64,000 nt of DNA, taken from contig JASCQW010000162.1 of the NCBI GenBank assembly GCA_030264375.1, positions 96,169,805-96,233,804 of the forward strand. The letters are read 5' to 3'. A program made the translations under genes and the position numbers. The notes beneath the pieces are model-generated. The model did no database searches. It saw only the letters and a program-made list of their open reading frames with translations, and was not told the DNA's origin. Positions 51,576-64,000 of the stretch are shown piece by piece; the first letter of the stretch is position 1; each line of letters opens with the position of its first letter. Source of the DNA: Carcharhinus longimanus. Taxonomy: Eukaryota.

Positions 51576-51624
51576 ACTTCAACATTTTTGCCCCTCTGTT
51601 TCCAAATTCACTGTTGGCCTCAGT

Positions 51625-52077
51625 TTATTCTTGGAATGGCAGGTCTGTCATATGAGGAGAGATTAAATGGGTTTGGATTATCAATATTAGAGTTCAGAAG
51701 GATGCGAGGGGATCGCATAGAAACTTATAAAATTCTAATAGGATTAGCCAGGGTAGATTCAGAAAGAATGTTCCTGACGGCGGGGGAATCCAGAACTAGG
51801 AGTCATATTTTGAGGATAATTTTAGAACTGAAGTGAGGAGAAATTTCTTCACCAGAGGATGGTGAATCTGTGGAATTCACTGCCACAGAATGTAGTTGAG
51901 GCCAAAATATTGTGTGATTTCAAGAAGAAATTTGATATTGAGGCAAAAAGGATCAAAGGATATGGAGGGAAAACGGGATCAGGATATTGAATTTGATGAT
52001 CAGCCATGATCATAATGAATGGCAGAGCAGGCTGAAAGGGCCAAATGGCCTACTGCTGCTTCTATTTTCCATGTTTC
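51625..52077 (+). mobile_element. CR1 LINE 3' end
   Basis: GMAGLSYEERLNGFGLSILEFRRMRGDRIETYKIL and CR1 UTR. Confidence 0.85.
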
Positions 52078-53799
52078 TCTCAGGATCATCTGGTCTTTGA
52101 TTCCACCAGTGAGAAGCAATCTAGCTGTGTGTTCTCATTAATTAAAGAGTGCCAATTCCTATGTCACTCTTGTACCTATAGTATAACAACGCCCTTAGCA
52201 ACAGAGGACAGAGACTGACAGGTAATCTAGGAAATCTGTTTAATGTGTCAAACTAATGAAATAAGGAGCACATCATTACAATTTTCTGGGAAAAAGATGT
52301 CTCTACACCAGTCAAACATGAAGTATGTACTCCTGGGTCTCCACAATGTATGTAGATTGCACATAATCAGTATAACAATAAACCATTTCAGTTAAAATCT
52401 TGACATGTAAGTGATTCGTGTTTTCCTTTTCTTGCACACACTGCATCAATCTGACTTTAATCAGATTCTGGCAAGCATCCTGACACTTGCTATAGGCCCT
52501 TGGGCTCCTAACTGACCTGTTTGAGTTTAATACCACAGAAACGCATTGCTTCTTGTTTATGATTCAAAGGTGTGGACCAAACTTGCCTGTTTTAATATTA
52601 TGTGGAGAAAATATTGTCAGGTCTCTCAATCTCAAAGTACATTATCTACTCAATTATTGTACTCAGTACTCATCAATCGAATGCTTTCAACAGCCACTTT
52701 ATTGACAAATTCATTATTATATATGGCTTGTAATTCATACCTGTTTTCTCACTTGTTTCCTGTTGAATGCTTCTTGAAAGATATTTTTCAGAACCAACAT
52801 CTCCTCCAATGTATTGTATCCTTACTACTATTTAAACCCATATTGTGGCTTTATATTCTTGTCTTTGTTATGTATTATTGTTGCTCAATGTGAATGTTAG
52901 AACATGGAGGTCCCCAGGATCTCACTTTTATCAATCATCCTGATACCAAGATACAAGCTGTACACTTTATGGTTCAGGTTAGAATCTCCAAAGTGTTTAA
53001 TGAAGCCAGTCTGAATCATATGTTCTGCATTTTGAATTTGGCTGTGATAAGCATGAGATGTTTCAATTCAGGTATGATTCAAGTGACCCACTAAGGAGCT
53101 TTTACCAAACAAAGTTTATTTAAGAATATAGTTATAGTAAGAAAATTAGCAAGAATTTTTATCAATTACAAACAAGAAACAAACAATCATGATAATGTAA
53201 GCCTTAATGTGAGATCTCTACAACCCAATCAAACCAATCCTAGGACTCTTTTCACAGATTTGATGCAGCACAGACTAATGCTCACATGATACTGTGAATG
53301 AGGTCATTCTGCAGTCAAATGCTCTTAAGACTCAGAACAGTTTGAAGATAAGACAGCTCCCCAAAATACCAGGGAAATTCTAGTCCAGCCTCCAACAACA
53401 GCTGGATTTCACCCTTCAGAAAAACAAAATCTTGTTTTCAGCTAACCAACAGAATTTTTAAAACAACAGTCAGAGAGGGAAAACGCCTCTTTTTAGCTTG
53501 CTGTCCCTTCTAAAACTAAAAACTCAAAACTATAGCTCCAAAATGATACTGAAAATAAAATCCCTATCACCTGACCTGCCCAGAGTTTTTTTTCCCCTCC
53601 TCCCAGCAATGGAGATTCTAAGGCCGTGAGCACGAATTTAAAAAATAACTCTGACTGACAACATTCATTAGGATTATTGCTAACAGGTTCAAAATGCATT
53701 CTCAAAATCAAACCTTACCTCAGACAAAGGGTACATAGCTGGTTTCCTCCCAAAAATTATAATGACAGAAAAATATTACAGAAAGAGAAATAAGTTAAC

Positions 53800-54422
53800 G
53801 CAAGGCCCTGTCTGGATTCTTAGGTGGATGTTAATGATCTTATGGTATTATAATGAAGATGAAGCAGGGGAGTTACCCCCACTGTTCTGGCCAATTTTTA
53901 TTCCTCCACCAACATTATTGAAACAGATTAGCTTGTTATGATCACATTGCTCTTTGAGGGATATTGCTATGCACAATTTTACTGTCATTTTTCCAACACT
54001 ACATTAAGGTCTCTAAAGGGGAGGTGATAGCCTAGTGGTATTATCGCTACAATATTAGTCCAGAAACTCAGCTAATGTTCTGGGGACCCGGGTTCGAATC
54101 CCGCCACAGCAGATAGTAAAATTTGAATTCAATTTAAAAAATCAGGAATTAAGAATCTACTAATGACCATGAAACCATTATTGATAGTTGGAAAACCATA
54201 TCTGGTTCACTAATGCCCTTTAGGGAAAGAAATCTGCCTTCTTTACCCGGTCTGGCCTACATGTGACTAGCAATATGGTTGACTCTCAGGCAACTAAGGA
54301 TGTCCAATAAATGCTGGCCCAGCCAGCGATGCTCATGTCCAACAAATGAATAAAAAATAATCCAATGGATCCATTGGGACATCCTGCAGTTATGGAATGG
54401 GCCATAAAAATGTAAATTCTCT
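53800..54422 (+). mobile_element. DeuSINE (Deu domain 53800-54005, tail 54361-54422) split by a tRNA-SINE (54018-54359)
   Basis: aggtggatgtta..gaagcaggggagtt..ctggccaat..atcacattgct Deu domain; the inserted SINE has A box and B box ggttcgaatccc. Confidence 0.75.
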
Positions 54423-54934
54423 TTAAATTAAATAACTCTCAACAAATGACTGGTTTGTTCTTTTTCAATATGGTAGAATCTGATTATATGAAATAGAGAA
54501 AAATCAAAGCGGGCTGGGCTGGTGGGCCAGTTAGACAAACTAAAACTGTATTAGTTCCAAAAGGTGTTTGGTGTGAATATTTCACCAAGCCATGAATTAC
54601 AATACCAGTTCCCTTCTCCCTGTGTCCTGACAAAATGTTTAGAAATACAAACGCACACAATAGCAGACAGGCAAATTTTGGTTTATAACAAGGCAGTGAT
54701 ATGTATGCACCCATCTTCTGAAACAATATAGATTGATTGCAATTCTAATTCATTGACAGTACATTTTTGGTGATTAAGAGTAATGATATATCACTGAGTG
54801 ACGACAAGAAGGTCTTATTATCTCAGACAACAGCACCATTCAAGTGGGTTTTGAATGTCATTTCAATCTAAATATGTGAAAGCGTTACAAATCACTGCCT
54901 TCCTTCACTTATAATGGGACAGAATTGCTGTAAT

Positions 54935-55345
54935 GGGGGTAGGATTTTCCAATCCATGGACTCAGTGTGCTGGAGGGTGGGATAAGTGATGTTTTGCATG
55001 CCAGCCTCAATGGTGGGTTTTCACACCTTCCTCATTAAATATGCATCAACAGAAAGCACACCATATCACAGGAGGGCAGCCTGTGATTATCCGCCCAGCT
55101 GTGACCACAGCAACAGACAAAAGCTCCCAAAGGGAAGAAGACTGTAGCCTCTATGTTTAGTGACATGCTTGCGAGTGGAAGCTTGAGAGTTGCTGCAGAT
55201 GTCCCCAGTGGAACACAAGAAGGAGCCACTTGTATGAAAGTTAAGCGCTGTGGTGACTTTGAGAGCCATTGGCAGCTGATGTCCTCCCAGTTCTTGTGGC
55301 ATCAACACCTGGAGAATGTGGTAGATATCACCCTTCATATCTCTC
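54935..55345 (-). mobile_element. Harbinger element end with transposase N-terminal HTH relic
   Basis: LPMALKVTTALNFHTSGSFLCSTGDICSNSQAS (HARBI1-like); TIR gggggtaggattttcc. Confidence 0.75.
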
Positions 55346-55368
55346 AGGGTTGGGGGGGGGGAGGTTCA

Positions 55369-55677
55369 GGCAGCATGGTGGCACAGTGGTTAGCATTGCT
55401 GTATCACAGCATCAGGGACCCAGGTTCAATTCCAGCCTCAGGACACTACCTGTGTGGAGTTTGCATTTCTCCCCACGTCTGCGTGGGTTTTCTTCCTTCC
55501 GCCGTCCAAAGATGTGCGGGTTAGATTGATTAGTCATGCTAAATTGACCCTTAGTGTCAGGGGGATTAGCAGGGTAAAGTGTGGGGTTACAAGAATAGGG
55601 CCTAGGTAGGAGTGTGGTCGGTATAGACCCGAAGGGCCAAATGGCCTTCTGTACTGTAGGGATTCTATGATTCTATG
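55369..55677 (+). mobile_element. HE1/V-SINE
   Basis: Full copy. Confidence 0.9.
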
Positions 55678-55689
55678 ACACAAGGTGAC

Positions 55690-56320
55690 ATCAATGACAC
55701 TGGGTCATTCTTGCTCATTTGGAGGGATAACATGCATCCTCCCTATAGCCTCAGTTTTACATGCCACCCACCTTCCGCGGATCTGTGAGCTTCATCCTCT
55801 GGATCCAGAGGGCCCTGCTGCCCCTTGCACATTGGTAGGCCTTGTGTCGATGTTGCACTCTTCTCTGTCTTTCCTGCTGCCTGTGATGGACTGGGGACAG
55901 TCCAGTCGTTCCAAGGTCAGAAATCTAAACCGAAACGCTTCTTGGCCCTCTGGCCATTTTGGCCCTGGCTCACTTTAAGCTTTTCTCCTCATTGTGTCTC
56001 TGTGGCAGCAACCCCATGCTTTAGTACATCCCTCAGCACCTAGGCCTGGAATTTGGAATATGCCAGTCCACAATGCTTAACTGGGGGCAACATCTGGGCA
56101 GATAAACAGCATCTTTCACCGAGCGGATGATCCTTCAACTGTTGTTGAAGTTTGTCTCGTTGTGCATTCCAGGGAATGGCTGGTAGAACACAAGAGTCAT
56201 GCACCATGGAACTGCTCAGGATGAATCTCAACAAAATCAAAGACAGTGCAACCATCTGACACACAAAGGCCCCAGCCTCCAGCACAATGCATCGCCATAG
56301 TCAACAATTCATTCCCTCTC
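55690..56320 (-). mobile_element. Probable RTE-type LINE 3' relic
   Basis: Degenerate WNAQRDKL and GPEGQEAFR-like segments; family call tentative. Confidence 0.4.
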
Positions 56321-56372
56321 ACTGATGCCTAACGGTCATCTTTGTAACGATTCTTTCTTAAGAGTGTTATGC

Positions 56373-56461
56373 ACTCACCTAATGAAGGAGCAGCGCTCCG
56401 AAAGCTTGTGCTACCAAGTGAATTTGTTGGACTTTAACCTGGTGTTTTGAGACTACTTACT
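56373..56461 (+). ncRNA. Penelope-type minimal hammerhead ribozyme remnant (G5>A)
   Basis: CAC CTAATGA A GGAGC AGC GCTCC GAAA GCTT GTG; stems I and II intact, core CUGA mutated to CUAA. Confidence 0.65.
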
Positions 56462-56854
56462 TTGTTATAATTGAATGCTTGCTAATATGTAAAGTATGCT
56501 CATTTAAATAAATAATCATGTAAATAGTTGTGTCATCAACAGAAGTGATGTAATCTTGTGAAGCAGCTACTGTCTTAGTTAATAGGTCTGCACAGTGAGC
56601 AGCATTAAGTTGCAGTAGTTAGAAAAAGCTCCATTAAAAGTCTGCATTTGATCTCTATGCCTTTGTTTGCATTCATCTAGAACAAGATCATACATTAGAC
56701 TTCTTATCATAGCGTTTCCTTGAGGCTGAAAGCCACTTGGCAGGTGACGGACAACAAATGGGGAAGATGAGGCAATGAAGTTTTGAAATAAAGTTCATGA
56801 TTTTTAAATACTAAACATAAAGTAAGTTGTGACTAATATTCTTGGAAAGGAAAA

Positions 56855-57225
56855 GGCTAAGAGAAGATTTGAGAGAGGTGTTCGAAAGGGCTGGACAGAG
56901 CAGATACGCAGAAACTGTTCCCGCCCCGTAAAGGATCAGGAATGACAGGGCACAGATTTAAAGTAATTTATAAAAGAAGCAAATGCAATTAGGAAAAAAG
57001 CTTTATCACACAAGGAGTCAGGAATGCACTGTAGGAAATGTGATGGTGGCAGATTCTATTGAGGTATTCAAAAGGACATTCAAAAATTATTTAATTAGAA
57101 ACAATGTGCAATGTTATGGGAAAAAAGCAGAAGAATGATGTTAAGTCATAATGCTCATTTGAAGAGTCAGTGTAGATACAATAGGCTGAATGACCTCCTT
57201 CACTGCAATGATACAGTGGTTCTGT
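56855..57225 (+). mobile_element. CR1 LINE 3' end (old)
   Basis: LERKRLREDLREVF..GLDR..TGHRFK relic. Confidence 0.65.
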
Positions 57226-57984
57226 GAAAAGTGATGATTTGACAGAGTTTTAAACACCTTAAGTGTGTAACTACCAGAGTAATTGCTGTGTCAGGATTGG
57301 GATGAGTTTAACTACCTAATTTGAGTTTCAATTTACACCATTTGAGATGTTTGTTTTTACCTACGACTGAAAATCCTGCTCACAGAACATATGCAGGGAT
57401 TAATTAGTGAATTGGGGGAAATCACTTGTGTACTGGTTTATTACTGATAGGCTGTTAGGAATAGCTTCCAAATGAGAACAAAACTCCTAGGTTGAGTTGT
57501 CTGTGGGAAAAATGTACAGCGAGGAAAGAAATCTGAAGTCTGTGAGTAAACAGAGAGAAACAGAGAACAAAACAGAATCACAGAGTCAGCGAAGCTGCCA
57601 TACACACAAAGTTCTGATTTTACCTTTGGGGCTATATATTCCACAAAGTTTTACCTATTTTTATTTTAAACTTGGATCCCATGGAAGCTTCCTCGATCTA
57701 AGTCGATCACTGGAAGAGCTCATTTAAAGTTATTTCTTCAACATTCTTTTAAAAAAAGGGATTTTAAAAATTGTTTAGTAAAACAAAACTTGGAGGAATA
57801 CTCCCTTCAGACCACATGGGGGAGGACTCTTTCTCATTTGTGTGGGATTATTTTTGGAACATAGTTAGTAATATTAGCTCACAATGTGTTGTACAAAACA
57901 TTTTATCCTGAGCATTGGATGTTTCTAATCATGATTATGCTCCCTTTGTGTGGTTGATAAGCGTAACGCACTTGCCCAAAGAGA

Positions 57985-58220
57985 TCTCGGCCGGAATCCT
58001 GTGACCTCGCTCGTGGCTGGGATTATCCAGTCCCGCTGCTGTGAACAGAGATTTGGCCGAGTGCCAAATTCTCTGTTCTCACTGGCAGTGGTAGTCAGGT
58101 GTGCGAGGCCAGAGATTTCCAGCTGTAGCGTGGGATCCTCCAAAGTCAATGGACTTTTCGCTGGCTCACCACATCTTCCAGCCCCACCCCTGTCACAGCA
58201 GGGCAGCACAATTCTGGCCC
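57985..58220. mobile_element. Short Harbinger-type MITEs
   Basis: ggccggaatc..cctcgc ... gcgaggcc..ttccagc inverted ends; related copies near 2085-2205, 11425-11490, 12225-12345, 24230-24320, 50260-50378 and 58375-58500. Confidence 0.55.
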
Positions 58221-58694
58221 TACTTAATTTTGTAATCCTCAAGCAATTAACTTGTCAATGAATATATATCTTACATGCATTTTTAGGCCCAAATTTTGCT
58301 GCTAAATAACAGTAAGTTTAATGCCATTATCAATGTATAAATCATCCAGCAATTTATGATGAGGAAGAGATGTAGGGCAAGATTTTACGACCTCATTCAG
58401 GTGAGACTGGAAATTCCCATCCGAGGTCAACAGGGATTTCCATTATTGGATCCTTGCCCGCTCTGATTCTGTGACGGGTGAGATGGTAGAGTTCCAGCCT
58501 ATTGTAAACTGTGATTCACCACAAGTTGCTGCACAATATGCACTCTTCACTATTGGCCATGCAAAAACAGCAAGTCACCCTTCACCTCCATGAGTTTTAA
58601 AAAATTGCTGCATTGATGCATTACTTGCCAATTAAGCTCATCACAGAAATCTAAAGCCATTATTGAACAATCTAAACAATTTATCAATGACAAT

Positions 58695-59057
58695 GGGGAG
58701 GCAATGGCCTAGTGGTATTATTGCTAGATTTTTTTAATCCAGAAATGTCCCGGGGGCCTGGGTTCGAATCCCACCACGGCAAATGGTGAAATTTGAATTC
58801 AATAAAAGTATTTGAAATTAAGAATCTACTGATGACCATAAAACCATTGCCAATTGTTGGAAAAAACCCATCTGGTTCACTAATGTCCTTTAGTGAAGGC
58901 AATCTGCCACCCTTACCTGGTCTGGCCTACATGTGACTCCAGAGCAACAACAATGTGGTTGACTCTCAACTGTCCTCTGAACGAGGGCAACCAGGCATGG
59001 GCAACAAATGCGGGCCAGCCAGTGACACCCATGTTCCATGAATGAATAAAAGAAAAA
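58695..59057 (+). mobile_element. tRNA-derived shark SINE (second family)
   Basis: ggggaggcaatggcctagtgg..ggttcgaatccc..aatgaataaaag. Confidence 0.85.
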
Positions 59058-60414
59058 GATTTATGTACCTGCTATGATATTTATCAAGGTGCAAAATGTC
59101 CCGTTGTTGGTCAGCAACTTGCAGGGCAAACATTTTCAAGCTGAAATGTGAGAGATAAAGCCTAACTAATGGGTCATAATAACTAACAGGATATCAAATT
59201 CTGTGCCAAAATAGTCAAATAAATATAAAGTCACCACAAACCCAGGTGACCACTGGCTGCTTCCCCCTTTGAGGAGGGAGAGCTGACGGGTGGTGATAAA
59301 CATCCTCTGAATAGGGCTCAACAAGGTCAACTTCCAGTTGAATTATAATTTTCTATTTGTCTTCTCTCCCACATGAATAATTTGGCATGTGAATGTTCTG
59401 TTGACATACTTGCACAGGTCCTTTAAATTACTATGAAATCAATTGTGCCGGCAAGTTCCAAAAAATAGTTTAAGGCAGAGACATTTCGTGGCTTGCTGCA
59501 TGTACTTAACATAATTCCTGAAAATGCTATCACTGCAATTTTAATAAAATTCTACTCTATAATCATAGTTCAAGACGCCTAGAGTAGTTATCAAGCTACT
59601 TAACCATTGCGAATGATGAAAAGTTCATTAAAATCCAATTATATGATGTGTAACTTCTGTAAAAATTAAGTAATTCTGATTTAGCAGTGTTCACCATTAC
59701 TGAGGACTAAATTGAACAGCCACTCCTGGTGACCTCACATGCACAGTTAAAAGTGGAAATGAGGAAGTTATTGAGGAATTTGCCTTGTTCCTCCACAAGC
59801 ATATTTCGGTGAATGATTTTCTATTGAAACATTTGAAACAGAGTAAAGTTGTGTGTTGGATGCATACAAAATACAGTAGAAAAAGTTAGGGTTTATTCAC
59901 ACCAGTCAAGGTGAATTTTTAACAGCCTAATAAGTATAAGTGTATTCCTTCCTATTTGAATTAAAATTGGAATTTTTCTTTTGCTTTTGTCTCTCTGTCT
60001 CTTCAATAATCTCATCTTCCTTTCGCTCTATTTTGTTTTCAGTATATTATTTGCCATTGAATTAAACATTTTAACTCACAATTTTTGTTTTGGACTCTGC
60101 ACCCCTCAGTAATACTTTCTAAATCAGATTGAATAAGGAAACACATCACCTCTGCCCTGTTCACATTGGTCCTAAATACCCTGGCGCTACACTGTTTGCA
60201 TCTCTACTTATTGCAACTTTCAGTGCAAAAACTCCAAAAATATTATGTGGGCAAGAAAAGTTACAATGAACAATAAGCTTTGTTAGTTACTGACTGTAAA
60301 ATCTGGACAACACTAGAAGCCAAAGTCAGAACTGTTGACACAGCCCCCCTTGTTTCATGATAAGATTTATTTGGAGTGAGAAATATGGAAACAACATTAG
60401 AATCATCATGGAAC

Positions 60415-60756
60415 TCATAGAATCTGTACAGTAGAGGAGGAGGCCATTCAGCCCATCGAGTCTGCACTGACAACATTCCCACTTAGGCTCTACCNNNNNN
60501 NNNNCGCCCCCCCAACCCCACGTATTTACCCTGCTGATCCCTCTAACCTATGAATCCTGGGATACTAAGGGACAATTTAGCATGGCTAATGCACCTAACC
60601 CACACATCATTGGACTGAGGGAGGAAACTGGAGCACCCGAGGAAACCCACACAGACATGGCGAGAATGTGCAAGTTCCACATGGACAGGCACCCAAGCCA
60701 GGAATTGAACCCAGGTCCCTGGAGCTGTGAGGCAGCAGTGCTTGCCACTGTGCCGC
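60415..60756 (-). mobile_element. HE1/V-SINE
   Basis: Reverse-complement copy. Confidence 0.9.
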
Positions 60757-61754
60757 AATCTTGTTAGCTGCTAAAGTAATCCACCTTGTCTTTTCCTGAA
60801 CCTGTAACAATTACTCTTCTACTTATATTATCATATTATTTGTAAATAGTTGGGAACTAAGTGTTATATGAATGTACATCCAGGGTGCCATATTTACTGC
60901 TGCACTGTAGTCAGGTGCCGAGAAACAATTTTTCAGTCCACCAGCCATATGGAGAACTGCTCTGAGTCAAAGTGTGATGCTTTCAAATTCCTGGGAACAA
61001 GAAGACATAACACTCTAGCACAGCATGGGAGTCCCTCCACTCCCTGACCATGCAGATCCTTCATGCCACCTGCAATTAAAAAAGAAACTGCAGCCAAACC
61101 AATAGCTTTCTTTCATGACCATACTGACATTCATCAAGGTCACACTTGTTTAGTCTGTTCCTCTACCTCTTGCATAATCTTAAACTCTCATCAAACTTTA
61201 TACACGTTTATATGATTAACGCATTATAGAAGGCTACACTAAATCTGTCCTTTTACTAAATATATTCCTGGTTTTGAACCAGAAGAATGAAATTTTAATA
61301 AGCAAAAGAGCATATATTTAAGAGNNNNNNNNNNNNNNNNNNNNNNNNNNNNNNNNNNNNNNNNNNNNNNNNNNNNNNNNNNNNNNNNNNNNNNNNNNNN
61401 NNNNNNNNNNNNNNNNNNNNNNNNNNNNNNNNNNNNNNNNNNNNNNNNNNNNNNNNNNNNNNNNNNNNNNNNNNNNNNNNNNNNNNNNNNNNNNNNNNNN
61501 TTCCTGTCTGAAATTGCACAGGTCATACACATATGACTCATCCAAGAAAGTTCTTGCCAATGGCCCCTGGTAATATTGAAGCATTCAATTTGGTGCCAAC
61601 TCTTTTCATTTCTTTTTCCTGAAATTCCTGAGCACTTATGCCTATATTGTGATTTATTTAATCAGGCTGCAATTAGACTGTCAGTAGTGATGTCAGACTA
61701 TTATCTGTTAGTGTGATGCCTTGTCAGCAAGCTAGAGTTAAAACTTCTCAAACT

Positions 61755-62500
61755 AAAGCAAAATGCCGTGGATGCTGGAAATCTGAATTATGAACAGAAA
61801 AAGCTGGATAAACTCAGCAGGTCCGGCAGCATCTGTGGAGAGAGAAACAGAGTCAACCTTTTCTTTCCATACGACCCTTCTACAGAACAGAAGAGGTATA
61901 GAAATGTGATGGATTATAAAGTTGGAAAGGGGTTGGAGGATCTGGGGCAGAATAGAAGGTCAGGGATAGGTCAGAGCTAAGGAGAGATTGACAAAGATGT
62001 CAAGGACACAAGGCAAAGAGAGTGCTAATGGTAGCACTAAAGACTAAAGAAGATGTTGATAATGGCAGAATGTGTGAATAGGAGAACAAAGGTCAATGCT
62101 CAGTTAAAGAAAAACAAAGAAAAGTGGCAGATGGGCCTCTGGGGAAGGGTGGGGGTGGGGGATACTGTTTACATTGGGACAAACCATGGAATCAAACAAA
62201 GGGTCAGGATGGAAGGGCAAGTTCACAGTCTGAATTGTTGAATTCAATTTTGAGTCCAGAAGACTGTAAAGTACCTAATCGGAAGATGAGGGTGTTGGTC
62301 CTCCAGTTTACATTGGGTTTCGCTGAAGCTTTACAACAGGCCAAGGACAGGTATGTGGGTATGAGAACAAGATATTGAGTTGAAATGGTAAGAGGCTAGA
62401 AGGCTGGGATCTTGCTTCTGGATAGAGTGAAGGTGTTCTGCAAAACAGCTATGCAATCTGCATTTCATCTTCCCAATGCAGGGAAGTTCACATTGAGAGA
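61755..62500 (-). mobile_element. Penelope-like element 3' end (GIY-YIG relic plus terminal repeat)
   Basis: Terminal repeat gatgctggaaatctgaa..ctcagcaggtccggcagcatctgtggagagagaaacagag; minus-strand RLGTLQ.SGL.IEFNNF relic. Short copies at ~16575-16635, 29755-29990, 38795-38840 and 40920-41010. Confidence 0.75.
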
Positions 62501-62742
62501 TGTGCTGCCCACGCAGGTAACTGTGGCCACACCATTTATTTGCAGGAAGTAAGACAAGTTAAAGCGGAAATTATTTAGTGACAGGACAAGTTTAGCCAGG
62601 CAGAGAAGAATAGTGGTGGACAGGGATTGTTCAGGCCACTGCTCAAGGAAGAAGCGAATATCCCTATATGCTCCTGGTTGGGGGTGGAGGTTAGAGTGAT
62701 TGAATGTCCATAGTGGAGAGAAAGGCTGAGAAACTGGAAGTT

Positions 62743-64000
62743 ACAAGATCACAAGAGATAGGAGCAGAAGTAGGCCATTTGGCCCATCAGGTCCACTCCA
62801 CCATTCGATCATGGCTGATATGCCCCTCATCCCGATTTTCCTGCCTTCTCCCCCTAACCGTTCAACCAATTACAATTAAAAATCTATCTAACTCCTCCTT
62901 AAATTTACTACTGTCCCAGCATCCACTGCACTTTGGGGTGGTGAATTCCACAGATTCACAACCCTTTGGGAGAAATAGTTTCTCCTCAACTCTGTTTTAA
63001 ATTTGCTACCCCTTATCCTAAGACTATGATTTCTTGTCCTAGAATATCCCACTCCACAACTTATTTATCTATAATCTTTTATCATCTTGTATACCTCAAT
63101 TTGATCTCCCCTCATTCCTGTAAATTCCAAAGAGTATAGGCCTAAACTGTTCAAACTGTCATCATATGACAAACCCTCATCTCTGGTATCAATCTAGTGA
63201 ATCTCCTCTGAACTGCCTCCAATGCCACTACACCTTTCCTCAAATGAGGCGACCAAAACTGAGTATTATACTCCAGGTGCGAAATCACCAATGCCTTGTA
63301 CAGTTGCAACAATAGTTCCTCACCTTTATATTCTATTCCTTTAGCTATAAATGCCAACATTCCATTTGTTTTCTTTATTATCTGCTAGTTTTCTGTGACT
63401 CAGGAACGAGGACACCCAGATCCCTCTGCACTGGAGCACCCCGAAGTCTCTCCCCATTTAGAGAATAAGTCGCCTTCCCATTTTTTCAATCAAAATGCAT
63501 GACCTCACACTTATCCACGTTAAACTTTATCTGCCACACTTTGGCCCACTCTCCCAACCTATCTGTATCCATTTGTAAGGTTCTTATTTCCTCATTGCAA
63601 CTCACTGTCCTGTCTATTTTTGTATCATCTGCAAATTTGGCTATAGAGCCTTTTAATCCTATATCGAAGTCATTAATATTGATTGTAAATAGCTGGGGCT
63701 CCAAGGACAGAACCCTTTGGCACCCCGCTAATTACTTCCTGCCATCCAGAAAAAGAAACCTTTATCCTGATTCTCTGTCTTCTGTCCATCAGCCAGTCCA
63801 CCTATCCAAGCTAATAAGTTACCCCTAAACCCATGTGATCTAACCTTGTGAATTAACCTTTTGTGTGGCACCTTATCAGATGCCTTCCAGAAGTCCACAT
63901 ATACTATATCTACAGGATCCCCATTATCCACATTGCTTGTTACATCCTCAAATAACTCTAGTAAATTAGTCAAACGTGATTTGCATTTCATAAAACCATG
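62743..64000 (-). mobile_element. CR1 LINE ORF2 reverse transcriptase to 3' end, degenerate, continuing beyond the window
   Basis: ORFs LTNLLELFEDVT..VDIVYVDFWKASDKVPHKRL; PQLFTININD..KFADDTK; LQLYKALV.SHLEY..QFWSP..LEAVQRRFTRLIP. Confidence 0.92.

Noticed and set aside
54018-54110. tRNA genes (A/B boxes, also 30064 and 58695)
   Set aside because: These are heads of tRNA-derived SINEs that continue into SINE bodies.

Overview
Eukaryotic genomic DNA from a cartilaginous fish (shark; inferred from HE1/V-SINEs, SacSINE1-like DeuSINEs and CR1, Penelope and Harbinger remnants). It is a draft scaffold with N gaps. The window is gene-poor (intronic or intergenic) and dominated by decayed mobile elements. 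The only host-protein coding sequence I recognise is one 131-bp minus-strand exon (25536-25666) with intact splice sites. It encodes the C-terminal half of a class V POU-specific domain (POU5F1/OCT4-type exon 3), and I could not find the other POU5 exons. The exon lies in a ~3.5-kb block bounded by an exact 19-bp direct repeat, and a candidate ATG-bearing exon 1.9 kb upstream is phase-compatible with it. Other notable items are a ~240-bp local inverted duplication, five Penelope-type minimal hammerhead ribozyme remnants, an LF-SINE-like relic, and a hAT element with TIRs and TSD. I see no prokaryote-type system (CRISPR or operon). TE family names come from recalled consensus similarity, not database searches, and most TE boundaries are approximate.
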